In this document: piece by piece, positions 1 to 13,378 of the stretch
How positions within the stretch are numbered: position 1 is the stretch's first letter
Layout of the letters: every line of letters starts with the position of its first letter
Assembly: GCF_006345805.1 (NCBI RefSeq)
Contig: NC_042997.1
Coordinates: 86,118,001-86,182,000 of the forward strand
Reading direction: 5' to 3'
From: Octopus sinensis
Taxonomy: Eukaryota
DNA: 64,000 nt
Notes under the pieces: generated by a model
Databases searched by the model: none
What the model was told of the DNA's origin: nothing
The model's input: only the letters and a program-made list of their open reading frames with translations
Program-made: the position numbers and the translations under genes

Positions 1-388
1 AATATAATAATTTTAATATGGTGTTCTATAGAGACATTCTATTTCAGCAATATCAAGGAATATGTTGTCATGAAACATGCGTAGTCAAGATAATGTAAAG
101 TATACGATTTGTAATAAGGTATTAATTTTGATAATTTGGAATAAGAATTGTAGGTATTAATTTTGATAATTTTAATATTTAGTCCTATATGTACATATTG
201 TGGATAATGTCATTCAATGATGATTGAGTTGCTTAGAGGGTGATTTTGTCTCTTAAGCCTATCTATTTATATGTATATAATACAGTAATTCATTTTAGTA
301 CCACTAAATGAACTTCTTTCCCCTGTGGACTTGGAAATATCTTCCCAGATATTAATAATATTAAATATATATATGTATATATATATAT

Positions 389-617
389 TCTCTTATTCTT
401 TTACCTGTTTCAATCATTTGACTGCACTCATGCTGGAGCACTGCCTTAGAGGGTTCTTTTAGTCAAAGAAACCGACCCCCAGACTTATTCTTTGTAAGCC
501 TAGTACTTATTCTATCGGTCTCTTTTGCCGAACCACTAAGTTATGTGGACATAAACACACCAGCATCAGTTGCCAAGCAATGCTGGAGGGACAAACAAAA
601 ACACACACACACATACA

Positions 618-648
<31 letters not shown>

Positions 649-667
649 ATATAATATATATATATAT

Positions 668-701
<34 letters not shown>

Positions 702-991
702 ATATATATATATTATATATATGTATATATATATATATATGTATATATATATTATATATGTAATATATATATATATATATATATAATTATATATATATAA
801 TATATATATTATATATATATATATACACCCCGGACTTCTTTCAGTTTCCGTCTACCAAATCCACTCACATGGCTTTGGTCAGCCCGAGGCTAAAGTAGAA
901 GAAACTTGCCCAAGGTGCCACGCAGTGGGACTGAATCCAGACCCATATGATTTGTAAGCAAGCTACTTACTACACGGCCACTCCTACGCCT
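389..991 (-). mobile_element. tRNA-derived SINE family A (CORE-like block), full length, with (TA)n expansion in the middle
   Basis: Closely matches the copy at 39073-39467. Reverse strand reads head ...cagtcccactgcgtggcaccttgggcaagt (CORE/MIR-like gcaccttgggcaagt), central simple repeat, tail ...aaacaggtaaaagaa. Confidence 0.85.
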
Positions 992-1079
992 CATGACAGA
1001 GGCTCAATTTATTCCATGTTTATTTACTTCCATTATAGCCTGCATATTATAGTAAACTACATGGTGCTCTGTGAGCTAT

Positions 1080-1329
1080 CATCATGGTTTAGCACCCACT
1101 TTTCCATGCTCGCATGATTCAAATGGAATTTGTTGAGGCAGATTTTCTACAACTTGATGCCCTTTCTGTTGACAATCCTCACCTGTTTGCCAGTAAGATA
1201 ACATTTGCCCATCACCAGACATGTTTGCATGGAAGATTGGCAACTAAGGATAACACTTGCATGTCAGTGACACTTGTTTACAACTATCACATTAAGTCAT
1301 AGCAAGGAGACAGTAACTTGCATACATAA

Positions 1330-1360
<31 letters not shown>

Positions 1361-1525
1361 TATACATATACATATACAACTGGCTTTTTCAATTTCCATC
1401 TACCAAATCTTCTCACAAATCTTTGGTCAGCTCTATAGAAGACATTTGCCCAAGTGTCAAGAAGTGGGACTGACCTACGACCATGTGGTTGAGAGCAAAC
1501 TTCTTGGGACAGCCATACTTGTGCC
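1080..1525 (-). mobile_element. SINE family B (family-A-type head plus RTE-type 3' tail)
   Basis: Head shared with family A (gacatttgcccaagtg). Tail shares the gatgcccttt...tttccatgct segment with the RTE 3' UTR copies. Confidence 0.75.
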
Positions 1526-1754
1526 TCAACCATCTACATTGTGTGTGTGTGTGTGTGTGTATAAAAATCATGTAGATTGTCAGAGAGTGAGAGAGAGAAG
1601 AAAAGAATGTACTTCCAGTTGCCACATCTAGTTTTGTTTGTTTATTTCTAAGGTCGATTTGACATTGTAACTAATTATATTGTAATATCCTGTAAAGTTT
1701 GCTTCTCTCTTGTACTTGTGTCAAAACAAGTGTTGTTGATATTATTAAGGACAG

Positions 1755-1975
1755 TGACTGGCAGAATTGGCAGTGTAGCAGACAACCTATTTTGTGTTCC
1801 TTTATGTTTGGAGGTCAAATTTCTCCAGGGTCAAATTTGCCTTTTATCTTCCTTCAGTCAATAAATTAAAGTACCAATCGAGTAATGGGGTCGATTCAAT
1901 CAACTGTTTCTTCCTCCTTTCCTCTCTCTCTCCCCTCAAATTTTTACATTGTGTCTCTGTTAGAAATTATTATTT
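1755..1975 (+). mobile_element. SINE family C, diverged
   Basis: tggcagaatt...aaatttgcctttta...taaattaaagtacca...gggtcgatt; aligns by eye with the young copies at 42342, 47340 and 59570. Confidence 0.7.
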
Positions 1976-2671
1976 TCACATCTAATGTTTTCCTCTTATT
2001 GTTCATGTCTGGAGACATATTAATTTTTCAGAAAGTCAATATTTCTTAGTAAAGTAGTAAAAGTTTGAAAGACAAAGCATTATTAGACAACTACTTATTG
2101 TTTACTGGTTCATCAAGTGACAGACTGTTTGTGAACTTTTGAACATTGCCTGGAGTGAGTCACACAGTTCTTAGCTTTCAATTTTGGTTATGAAAAATTT
2201 ATATTTCCATTGTTTCACAAAAAGTAAAGCGGTCGATTAGTAGAATCTTTAGAATAGTGATTCTTTATCTTTTTGACTTCATTGCACATGGGAGATCAAA
2301 AGCAAACAAAAAAAAATTACTAACACACACTGCATGGAAAGTTAAAAAAACATACTGTTCTAGAGTTAAAATTTTAGCAAAAAAGGCAGAAAACTATTGC
2401 TTACCTTGTTTTATTAGTCAAATTTATGTATAACTAAATTATAAACAATATCTTTTCCAAGATGCTCAACCATTTGTATAGATTTTCTAAAGCTTTATTA
2501 TACTTTTAAAAATCTGCAATGCACCTAGATACTCTTTGCAGTATGCAATTAGCATGGTGCAGTGCACTAATGTATAAGAGTGCACAATTAGGTAACAACT
2601 GCTGAAATTGTTCCTGTTTTTTGCATTCTTGAGTTCAAATCTCGGAATAGTCAACTTTCTTTGAATTTATA

Positions 2672-2757
<86 letters not shown>

Positions 2758-2832
2758 TATATATATTATATACTTATGAAAGAAAGAGAAATAAAGAAAG
2801 CTTCTGACAATGCACAAAGCTCTACAAAAAAA

Positions 2833-2870
2833 CCTTCATATTTTGGGTGCAAAGACCTATCTTCAGAAGG
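2833..2870 (-). ncRNA. Degenerate minimal hammerhead-ribozyme-like motif
   Basis: Minus strand: cctt CTGAAGA taggtctttgcaccc AAAA ta t g aagg. Stem I cctt/aagg pairs; GAAA decayed to AAAA; cleavage triplet disrupted. Confidence 0.35.
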
Positions 2871-3130
2871 AAGCAGTTCAAGCAACGTGTATTTAAGAAT
2901 GGGCATGTACAATCATTCAAATATTCCCAGTATATAACTGGTACTTATTTTACTACTCTCAGAGTGATGAGAATCCAGATGGATGTCGTAAAACTGAATC
3001 AAGCCCAATGTGTAACAGATGCTTCTTTTATTGGTTCATAATTAAATGAAAACTGGTTACTCAACCATAGTCCAGCATTTTCTGAGATACAGGGCAACAG
3101 AGAAGCACAATATCCATTCTATTTATTTAA

Positions 3131-3922
3131 CCTTTTAGCATTTAAACTGGCCATATCCAGTCAAAATATTCTACCCATTTTATGCACAAAGTAGCTAGAT
3201 CTGGTGTCTCACAATAACCCTATAATATGATTCTAAAGATAACAGTTACCTCATAAAAATCTTAAAGCTAAAAGGTAATTCATGATTAATTCAAAACAAG
3301 TGATTTGACAGAAAAACTGGGTATACATAGCATCGGATGTAGTGTGCAATGGAAAAGACTGCACTGGTATGGCCATGTAATGCATATGAATGAAGACAGT
3401 TGCATCAAGAGGTGCCAATCTCTAATTACTGAGTGAACATGTGGAAGAGGTAGACCCAAGAAGACGTGGGATGAAGTGATGAGAAAGGATCTACAGACAT
3501 GGGAACTCACAGAGGGGATGACAGAAGACCAAGACTCTTGATGGTTCGTTGTGCTTGGAAAGATATGTCAAGCCAAGTAAATGTGTGGTTGTCCTTGCAT
3601 ATAGTCTTGTCTCTTGCAACCCTCTCCAGCTGAGCATCCCTAATCTCATGGGCTCATAAGTATTGGTGCCACATAAAAAGCACCCATGCCAGTACTGCGT
3701 AAAAGCACCCAGTACACTCTGTAAAGCGGTTGGCATTCAGAAGAGTATAGAAATCATGCCAAAGCAGACAGGGAGCCTGAACAGCTGTTCAGCTGGTCAA
3801 CTCTTGTCAAACTGCTCAACCCATGCCAGCATAGAAAATGGATGTTAAACAAGGATGATGATGATGATGAATATGGAATACATTAGCATTACTTTTGACA
3901 GAATATGGTAAATGCTAAATGG
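3131..3922. mobile_element. TTAA-flanked piggyBac-type MITE interrupted by an RTE 3' fragment
   Basis: TTAA at 3127-3130 and 3923-3926. TIRs CCTTTTAGCATT / AATGCTAAATGG (11/12). Related uninterrupted copy at 43865. Confidence 0.75.
3308..3872 (+). mobile_element. 5'-truncated RTE-clade LINE 3' end with UTR and (GAT)n tail
   Basis: Translates KRLHWYGHVMHMNEDSCIKRC...GRGRPKKTWDEVMRKDL with in-frame stops; ends catgccagcatagaaaatggatgttaaac...gatgatgatg. Confidence 0.85.
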
Positions 3923-4326
3923 TTAAAGACAATGGGATGCAAGTGTAGTGGAATTTGGCTGTTATTTCTTGTAGGCCGAGTGACTGATTGGAACTTAGCT
4001 CATTTGGCTGGAATTTGGGATATGAAGAATGTTGAGCAGACACTTTGAATTTTTTATCAGTTGCGATAGCAGTGGTGGTGATGACAACAGTGAGGTAGGT
4101 AGTAATGGTGGGAGGGGAGAGAGAGGGTTTATGTTGTTGATAACACTGCTGGCAATACTGATGGTTGTGGTGATAAGGATGGTGAGCATAAATCAAACAG
4201 CAGATGTGTGGTTTGATTCCCATCAATGGATTTCTTGTTATATTTTTGATTTTCAATTTTTTTCCTTTTTAATGAATATAGACTGTTTAATGTTGTTTTA
4301 CATAATTGCTTTAGTTATCATTCGAA

Positions 4327-4380
<54 letters not shown>

Positions 4381-4747
4381 ATGCGTGTGTGTGTATATAT
4401 ATACATGTGTGTGTGTGTGTTGAACAATGTTAGAAGCTGTAATCATTTGGTTTATTTCCTTGTTTTTAAGGTTTGATCTCATAGGCATCTTTTCAAGCTT
4501 ACAGTGAAGCAGAGAGAGAGAAAATATATTGAAGCAAACAATACTTTAATATTTGTATGTGTATAAATATGCATATTGTTCCAGATGTATATAAGTATGC
4601 TTGTGTGTGGGTGGATGTGTGTGCATGTATGCACATATATCATCATTATATCTATATCTATCTATATATGTGTGTGCATGTGTGTGTGTGCGTTTTTCTA
4701 TTACATATATGTTAATATATAAACATCTGTATATGTATTTGTGTATC

Positions 4748-4808
<61 letters not shown>

Positions 4809-5088
4809 AAATATATATATATATTGTTCAAGATGTATATAAGTATGTGTGTGTGTTTATTTTTTTTAAATAATTTAGCCTGAGATGATAAGGCAGTGCC
4901 TAAAACCTTGCAAACCTTTCCACAGCAGTGAGATTAATGTGGCTGATGCCCCTGCTGGAGCATCTGAGGTTAATGTCTAAAGAGAAAGAGAAACAGGGTG
5001 TTGGTTTCAATGTTTGCAACAAAAGGAATTTTTATGAAGGCACCCTCAAGAACAAAAGGGTATTGTTGAAACAGGTAATGCACTCCAC

Positions 5089-5121
<33 letters not shown>

Positions 5122-5127
<6 letters not shown>

Positions 5128-5546
5128 GTGTGGCTATGTGGTTAAGAAGCTTGCTGCTCAACTGTGTGTCTCATGATCAGTTATATTGCATGGCACATTG
5201 GGCAAGTTTCTTCTGTTGTTGTCCTGGGAAAACCAAAAGCTTTGTGGATTTGGTAGACAGAAGCTGAAAGAAGCCCATCAGATGTGTGTGTGTGTGTATC
5301 CTTCTCTTGGCATCATGTGATACTTTTAAATAAGCATCACCATTGAACAAGCAACATTATTTGTTTCCAGTCTTTTGTGTAAAACATGTCTAGCTATGGG
5401 TAAATATTTCTTTGTTTGGAAATAGATGAAGGTTGATGACAGGAAGGGCATCCAGCTATAGAAAATCCACCTCACCAAATCTCCTCTGAGCCATACAAGC
5501 ATGGAAAAGTAGATAATATGATGATGATGATGATGATGATGATGAC
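5122..5546 (+). mobile_element. SINE family B
   Basis: gtggctatgtggttaagaagc head; acaggaagggcatccagctatagaaa; catggaaaag; (GAT)n tail. Confidence 0.75.
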
Positions 5547-6741
5547 CATCATCATCATACCTCTCACATAGGTTCCAATCTATAAACATCGTGTTGTTTG
5601 TTCAACTGAACAACCTACACTTTGAATTGTCCATGCAAAGTGTATTCCACAGACCCATGTACCCTTAATGTAATTCTCAAACACAATTATGTGTGACATT
5701 ATGGCTGAACCTTTGAATTCTAGGTACAGTGCATGCAGCAGGCTTCTGTGTGGTTTCTGTCTACCCAATTTCAATGACTGAGTTAATGTAGGTCTAAGGT
5801 AAAGACACTTGCTCAAGATGCTAAGAGATGGTTGAGATTGAACATGAGACCATATGTTTGCAAAGCAAATATCTCGACCATTCAGTCATTTTTCTATGTA
5901 AATATGTGTGTATGTGTACACGCACATACATGCATGCACATACATTGTAATCAGCATTTTAGCAGCCATTTTCCACCATTGAACGGGTCAGACAAAATTT
6001 GTCGAGGCTACTTTTTTGTGTCCAGAAGCCCTTCCTGTCACTAACCCTCAACTATTTCCAAACAAAGTAATATTTCCACTTGATCAGCAAACACAGATAA
6101 ACACTGATGTGAAAACACACACAGACACACATGGGAATACATGCACAAAAATAAAATACTAGTTACAGCTATCAATATATATGCAAACAATGTAATGGAA
6201 AAGTCAAGTAAGAAAATTATTGTATCCCAGCAAGATTTTCATCAATATATATTGATTAAATAACTATATCTATTTACCTATCTATCTACCTGTGTGTGTG
6301 TGCATGCAAATATTAGCAAGCATACATATATTCACACTTTTAAGTGTTAAGAATTATATTTAAATCTTAGCTGCACTTCATCATTTTTCTGGATATGAAT
6401 GAAGATGATTGTCATACACACACACACACACACACACACACAACCACACACACACACATATACACACACGTATGTATGTGTATATAGTAGAGTAAACATT
6501 CTATCTTTGAGGTAGCATATTTGACAGTAATGTTGGTGTTGGATTTCTCTACTATAAGTAGTGATTACTATAGGCAAATTATTATATTGTTTTCAGAATT
6601 TCATCCATTTTTGTTGCTTCTGATATAATTCATTGGATAGATTTTGGCTTGACAAACATTCTAGGTGTTGTACTATTTTTCAATTTCAACAATGTGTCAT
6701 TTTCTAACACTTGCATATATTCACATTTATTATAGATAGCA

Positions 6742-7125
6742 GGCAGACATGGCTGCATGGTTAAGAAGTTCACTTGCCAACTATTTGGTTTCAGATTCAG
6801 TCCCACTATGCAATACCTTGGGCAAGTGTCTTCTACTATAGCTTCAGGTTAAACAAAGTCGGTTTGGAAGATGGAAACTGAAAGAAGCCTGTTGTGTGTC
6901 TCTTTTTGTATTGACGTAATGTGATAGCTATGAGTGTCATCATCATACTTGCAGTGGCCATCATTTCCAATCTTCTGTTGAGATCCATTGATGAGGGGAT
7001 ATTAACTTACTTGGAAACAGGTGAGGGTTAGTGACAGCAAGAGCATCCAGTTATAGAAAATCTGTTTCAACAAATCCCATCTGAACCATGCTAGCATGGG
7101 AAAAGTGAATGCCAAACAGTTATGA
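6742..7125 (+). mobile_element. SINE family B
   Basis: tRNA-like head, ataccttgggcaagtgtcttc, tail gcatccagttatagaaaatc...catgctagcatggg. Confidence 0.75.
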
Positions 7126-7134
7126 TATATAAAG

Positions 7135-7345
7135 TGAACTGGCAGAATCGTTAGCATGCCAGACAAAATGCCTGGTGGCATTTCTTCACATTCTGAGTTC
7201 ATATTCCACTGAGGTCAACTTTGCCTTTCGTCCTTTTTGGGCCAATGAAATAAGTACCAGTTGTGTAGTTGAGTTTGGGGTCAATGTAATTGACTTATCC
7301 ACTGACTGAAATTGTTGGCCTTCAGCCAAAATTAGAAATCGATAC
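7135..7345 (+). mobile_element. SINE family C
   Basis: tggcagaatcgttagcatgcc...ttctgagttc...gtcaactttgcctttcgtcc...aagtaccag. Confidence 0.8.
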
Positions 7346-7603
7346 ATGTGTGTGCACCCACACACACACACACGCACACACACACACACACACACACGCA
7401 CACACACACACACACACACACACCACACACACACACACATATGTGTACTCCTTATTGATTCCAGTTTCTTCAATTTTATATTTACACATGACAAATGCCC
7501 AAATATAGTTCACAATAATGCTATCAGATAATATTAGGTAATTCTAAGGGTAGAACAGCTTTACACTGTACTCTGCCACGTTCCTAATGGAATATATCAT
7601 AAC

Positions 7604-7649
<46 letters not shown>

Positions 7650-8309
7650 AACACACACATACACACATACACACACAGATAGATAGATAGATAGTGGGAG
7701 GGAATGCATACAGCTCCAGTATAAACGCCTATCTGTAATAGAGAGAGTGTGAGAATAAATTGATTGTATGCACCATGTACAACATATTAGGAATTACTAT
7801 ATAAATTGTGTAGTTCTTCCCTTAATAATAAGCCACCCAAATCATACATGCACCTATGTAGTGTGTGTGTGTGTGTGGTGTGTGTGTGTGTGTGTTAAAA
7901 TCTGCCATTATAATAAAATATATTTTTGGCTTTTTATTCTCTGAGTTCAAGTGCTGTTGTGATTGACTTTGCCTTTCATCCTTTCACGCTTGATAATATA
8001 AAGTACCTGTTGACCACAGGATCGATGTAATCAACTTCCCTTCCCCTAAAATTACTGGCTCTGTGCCAAAATGTGCAACCATTATTATAAAATATATTCA
8101 GAGTAGTAATAGTTAAGGGTGATATATAATCAACAGATTATATACCCTATATTTTGGGAGTTGAGAGCTCTTCAGAATTTTCTCGGAGCCTTTAAATTTT
8201 GTGTAACATTTGACAAACTGTTTACCACTTCACCTCTAGTTTTAATAATGCAAGAAATTCATGGCTCTTTAGTATCTTCTGAAGGGTTTTCAATCTGAGA
8301 AATTATGCT

Positions 8310-8369
<60 letters not shown>

Positions 8370-8713
8370 GTATATGTGTGTGTTGTGTCTTGGGAGGATC
8401 ATTTTGCTAATGAAAAACATGCCCTGGTTCAATTTTTCTATTTATTATTGCTAGTCAACTGGTTAACTAATTAATGTGTCCAGATCTGCAATAATGAGGG
8501 TATGTTATTGGTGAGGTCATAAATGGCAAAACAAAGGCTCTGTCAAATAAACTGATTGACTCAACGATTAATCAAGTAAGTTCATCAAATAATTTTTCAA
8601 TCAAACTGAGCTGCCTTATCATGCATTATTCTAATTGCAATGTGATCTCCTTTAGGGTATCAAATGGGAGAGATTTGGCTGTTATTTCTAGTATATTGAT
8701 TGATAGCATAAAA

Positions 8714-8861
8714 CAGGCATGGGCAAACTTTTCCAAGAAGTGGGCCACATCAGACATGGCTCATCATCAAGTGGGCTACACCAGTAAAAAAAGTTGGAAG
8801 TAATTTTTACATTAGGTATGCCATTCAGAAGGTCCCATGGGCCACATGTTGCCCATGACTG
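8714..8861. mobile_element. hAT-type MITE (148 bp) nested in an antisense family-D copy
   Basis: TIRs CAGGCATGGGCAA / TTGCCCATGACTG (12/13). Internal gggccaca blocks. The 8-bp flanks gcataaaa / gtacagaa differ only by transitions, consistent with an old TSD. Confidence 0.75.
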
Positions 8862-9809
8862 GTACAGAAGATCCCTCATTGGTTCTTAATTGTTTCCCTT
8901 TACATTTTGAGTTCAAGCCTATATGTTATTGCATTTCTTCTGATAAGGGCCAATGTGCTAGACATTAATAATGTACTACAATCGATGGAATACACACACA
9001 CCTTTCCTACAAATTTATGGTCTTGAACCAATGGTTTGTAATCAATATAAAAACACAAAAATAGAAACAGTTCTCTTTTTTTCCTTTCCACTTTTTTTTT
9101 TTTTTTTCAATAACATTGTCTGTTAAGAATATTAAAAAATAAAAATAAAATTTGAGAGGCTTGTTTTTTTTTTCTTTTTCCTGCTTTTTCCCATTCCTGA
9201 AATAAAAGTAAACATTTTTAAAGCCCATTAAAGATACATTTTTAAAAATATTATATTTTATTGCACATAATAGATAACTCCATACATGAACTAAAATTAA
9301 GTAACAAGTAAACTTTTACTTTTATTTTTATTAAATTTATAGTTTGTTTTGGATTTTGGATATTCTCTTTATATTTTTCATTCGTTTGCACACCCAATCA
9401 GACAACAGTGGCTTTATCAAACTATTTTCTGACTAAAGCCAGAGGTGAAATAGTTAAGAAATAATCTATTAACCAAATCTTTTGGTAAATTTTTCTTCCT
9501 TTTTGATTATTATTCCAAAGTGCCTACTTAATAATTTTATAAATAAATGCTTGACTGAATGGATAAATAGACAGTGACTTAGAGATAGAGAGGAAGGGAG
9601 AGGGAGAGAGAGAGGGAGAAAGAAAGGGGAGAGAGAGAAAGCCAGATGAACAATTTTACAGTTTTACTTTAAAAATATGGACGTCTTTACATTTATGTAT
9701 GATTGTTTGTGAGTGTATCTACAAAAACATGCAACCTCATATATTCTTTTATTGAACTATGGCCATGCTCGAGACTGCTTTTATGTGTTTTCAGACAATT
9801 ATATCAACC

Positions 9810-10095
9810 CCAAGACTTTGGTACATATGTTGCTGACCTCAGATGACAGAAAGCCAATTTGATTTATGTATAAATTGGTGTAAACGTAACAAAACCAAAT
9901 ATTACAAAGTACCAGGATGAGGAAAAAAATCAAGAAGACCAAGGAAGACATGGCACAGTCCATACCAAAACAATGTAATAACGATGGGAGTTGGCCCAAA
10001 TGGTGTCAGGAGGAAGACAAGCAAGCAGGATGTCTGGAGAAAGCTCATTTCCCATTGTGCTGACTACACTGGAGGATCTAAGAGCTAAGAGATAT
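9810..10095 (+). mobile_element. RTE-like LINE 3' end, second family
   Basis: Frame reads KVPG*GKKSRRPRKTWHSPYQNNVITMGVGPNGVRRKTSKQDVWRKLISHCADYTGGSKS*; tail ggatctaagagctaagag. Confidence 0.65.
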
Positions 10096-10499
10096 ATTCA
10101 TGTCCACTAGCTAGTCATTTGTGGCTCATAATCAAAGCCAAATCCTGCATCTACTGCTGTGACTCTCCAGAAGGCAGCTTCTATATGGCTGCTTATCTAA
10201 TCTGTTAGAAATAGCTTCTTAATTTCCTTCAAATCACACTCTGTCATCTTGAAAAAGAAAAGTATAGAAAGGACACATTGGACAATGTAATCCTAGTTGT
10301 ATTATCACTCAATAAATTTAAGACTACACGATTATTGTTGGGACTTGTTTCATCATAGTCTTGCTCAATTTATGTTGACCTGTGGCTAAAGAACATCAAT
10401 CAAGATGATTAAAGGCTGTAACCTGAGACTTCTTCTTGATGTTGTCTACTCATCCATGTGAAAGCTTAAACTTTTGGCTGTAAGTTAATATAACATTTG

Positions 10500-10852
10500 T
10501 TGTATGGCCATGTGGTTGGGAAGCTTGCTTTGCAATCATATGGCTTCATGTTCAGTCCCACTGTGTGGCACCTTGGACAAGTGTCTTCAAGCCAGTTGCC
10601 AATCAATGCTTCATGATGGAACTGTATAGAAACCCATTTTATATGTGTGTGTTTGTGTTTGTCCCCTCCTCCACCACTTGACAACCAGTGTTAGTTTGTT
10701 TACACCTCTATAACTTAGCAGTTCAACAAAAGAAACTGATGGGATTAGTATCGGACTTCAAAAATAAATACTGGGTTTGATTTGTTTGATTAAAGTTCTT
10801 CAAGGCAATGCCCCAGCATGGTTTCAGTTTTGCAACTGAAACAAGTAAAAGA
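10500..10852 (+). mobile_element. SINE family A inserted within the family-D cluster
   Basis: ccactgtgtggcaccttggacaagtgtcttc...gcttgacaacc...ccccagcatgg...aacaagtaaaaga. Confidence 0.8.
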
Positions 10853-12056
10853 CGAGGAAGGATGTTTGGGCTGGTGGAATGCTGGAAACATGACAGCATC
10901 GTGTAGTTTTCAGTTACATCTGTTTCTGCGTTCTGAGTTCAAATTTTGCCAAGGTCAACTTTCTAGGCTGATAAAATAAGGTACCAGTCAGTTGTTGGTT
11001 TAATCAATTGTACCCTCCCATCAAAATATGTTGCCTTATACCAAATTTAGAAATCAATTATGTTCACTCTCATACTAATTAAAGCAGTAGGTTGTACCTT
11101 TTCCATTATGTTAACCAACAATTGGGAACCTTGAGTAAATGAAAGTTAAAAGCTTTGTTTGACCAAGGGCACAGCAGAGAGCTACTTAAAGGACATCAAG
11201 CATTGACCCTTTGATTGGCAGTCTGAGATTTTATCAATTCAACCAGATGAGATTCTTATCTAATGTTAAACAATAGCTACAACAACAAAAGATGCACTGA
11301 AAATAGCAGCAATGACAGTATTGTGATCAATAATAATAGGAAAAAAAACTGAATTGTTACCATGACTACAAGAGCAGAAACAACCTTGGCAGGATAAAGA
11401 GCAAAAATCTCAACATTTAACTGTGTCAACAACAACAATAAAGACACTAACAAAATCACTGACAAGAGATTCCCAATGAATGATCGTCTGTATAGTCTCT
11501 CAAACTCCTAGAAATGACAGCTGGATTTCAGATTGTAATTCACTATCTTTAGAACATAACTCCAGACATATAAAAGAAATGGAGAGTGGGTGGTCATGAT
11601 TATATTGCTCAGTCATAGCTGTGTTGGGGCTATACAGCATATGCAGTAGTTATAATATCAACAACTACCACAACTTTGGAAAAAAAAAAAATGAGTGAAT
11701 GAGGAAATTTCTAGATGGTTGCTCAACTGCTAGAAATAGCAAGCAAATCTCCCTTGTATAATATTCTTAAAAAGAAGGTTATATGAGATAATGTATTCCT
11801 AGATATACTATGTCAGAATAAAATATGGGATAGTCTTGGTTGGAACTTGTTTGTTCATTTGTCTGGTTTGTCAGGTCTGACTTGGGACTAAACAACAAAT
11901 AAGAATTACATTATGCATGAAACAAGGTTGCTAGAAATAGCAGTTAAACAGTCCTCAACCATTTTGTCTTTAAAAACAATGAAGGATATGTTGGGTAATG
12001 TTATCTAAGATATGCAATGCCCGACAGAAAGACAAAATAGGTATAACTGGAGGCTC

Positions 12057-12110
12057 AACTTACTTTTAACACTTCAACTCACTTTTAACACTTTAACTCA
12101 CTTTTAATCC
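12057..12110. repeat. 19-bp minisatellite x3
   Basis: aacttacttttaacacttc / aactcacttttaacacttt / aactcacttttaatcc. Confidence 0.9.
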
Positions 12111-12859
12111 ATGTTTCTTCTTAAAAGTTGGCATGGTCGTGGCTGGAATGTCTTTGATCATAGGACCACTTGATCAGAGTTTCTGACCTAGGTTTAAATA
12201 ATCATAAAAGTAACAAGTATGTCAGAAACAACACCAACATTAATGATTGTGTAAACCAGGCAAGGAAACCAGTACACATTCAATCAACACACTAGAAATA
12301 GCAACCAAATTTCTCTCAGACTACCATCTTAAAAAGGACACATTGAATAATGTGGTCCTGGTTCAGTATGCCATGAAATAAGACAGGTTGGTTACAGCTG
12401 GAATAGTTTTGGTCATGTGTCTGCTCAGTCAGACCTGAGGCTAAACAGCCAGTAGCATCTGTATAAACATTGAGAACAATAGAAGAACATTGGGCAGCAA
12501 CAAATATCTGAAAAAGAGCAACAGTGAAGATAAACACCAGCAACAACAATAGCAATAGCAGCAGCTGCAGCAACATCAACCACAAAAACAGCAATAGAAA
12601 CAACAATAATAACAACATTAAAAACAATTGCATCAGCAACAACAACAGTAGCAGCAGCAACAATAACTGCTAACTGAAACAAAAAAAAATGGTACAAATC
12701 AAGTATATTACAAACAACAATAACGACAAAAAAAAAACAATAATGATAGCAACAACAAAACAACGGCAACAACAACAAAGGCTTTCATGTGAAACAGTTA
12801 CAATGTTAGAAGTAGATTGGAACATGGATTGATCAATAAGATGACTTTAACCATCCCCG

Positions 12860-13337
12860 TCTCCACCATTCACATAGGCATACATGTGCACACTCACATA
12901 CATGCACACTCATACAGACAGACACACACACATGCACAAACGCACATGCATATGCTCATAAACTTACACTCTAACACTAACATGTTCACACATTCATTCA
13001 CATACACAGGCACACACAAATGCATACACATCACTTACACTCACATACACTAATATTGCTCACATTCATACTTTCACACATACATTCACACGCACACACA
13101 TTCACACACATACACACACACACACACATTCAAACATACAAATGCATACACATACTCACACACATCACTTTCTCTCTCTCACACACACACATACATACAC
13201 ACACATGCACACACACACACACACATACATACATTCACACACGCACACACACACACACACCACACATACATACACACACATACACACACACGCACACACA
13301 CATACATACAAATGCATACACATACATGTATCACTTT

Positions 13338-13378
<41 letters not shown>

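Noticed and set aside
3915-4433. Overlapping ORFs of 113 and 134 aa
   Set aside because: Driven by degenerate GGT/GAT repeats and a TG microsatellite.
8117-8180. Short AT hairpin and minus-strand CTGAAGA...CAAAATAT
   Set aside because: Stems I and II of a hammerhead do not form; the hairpin is AT-only and expected by chance.
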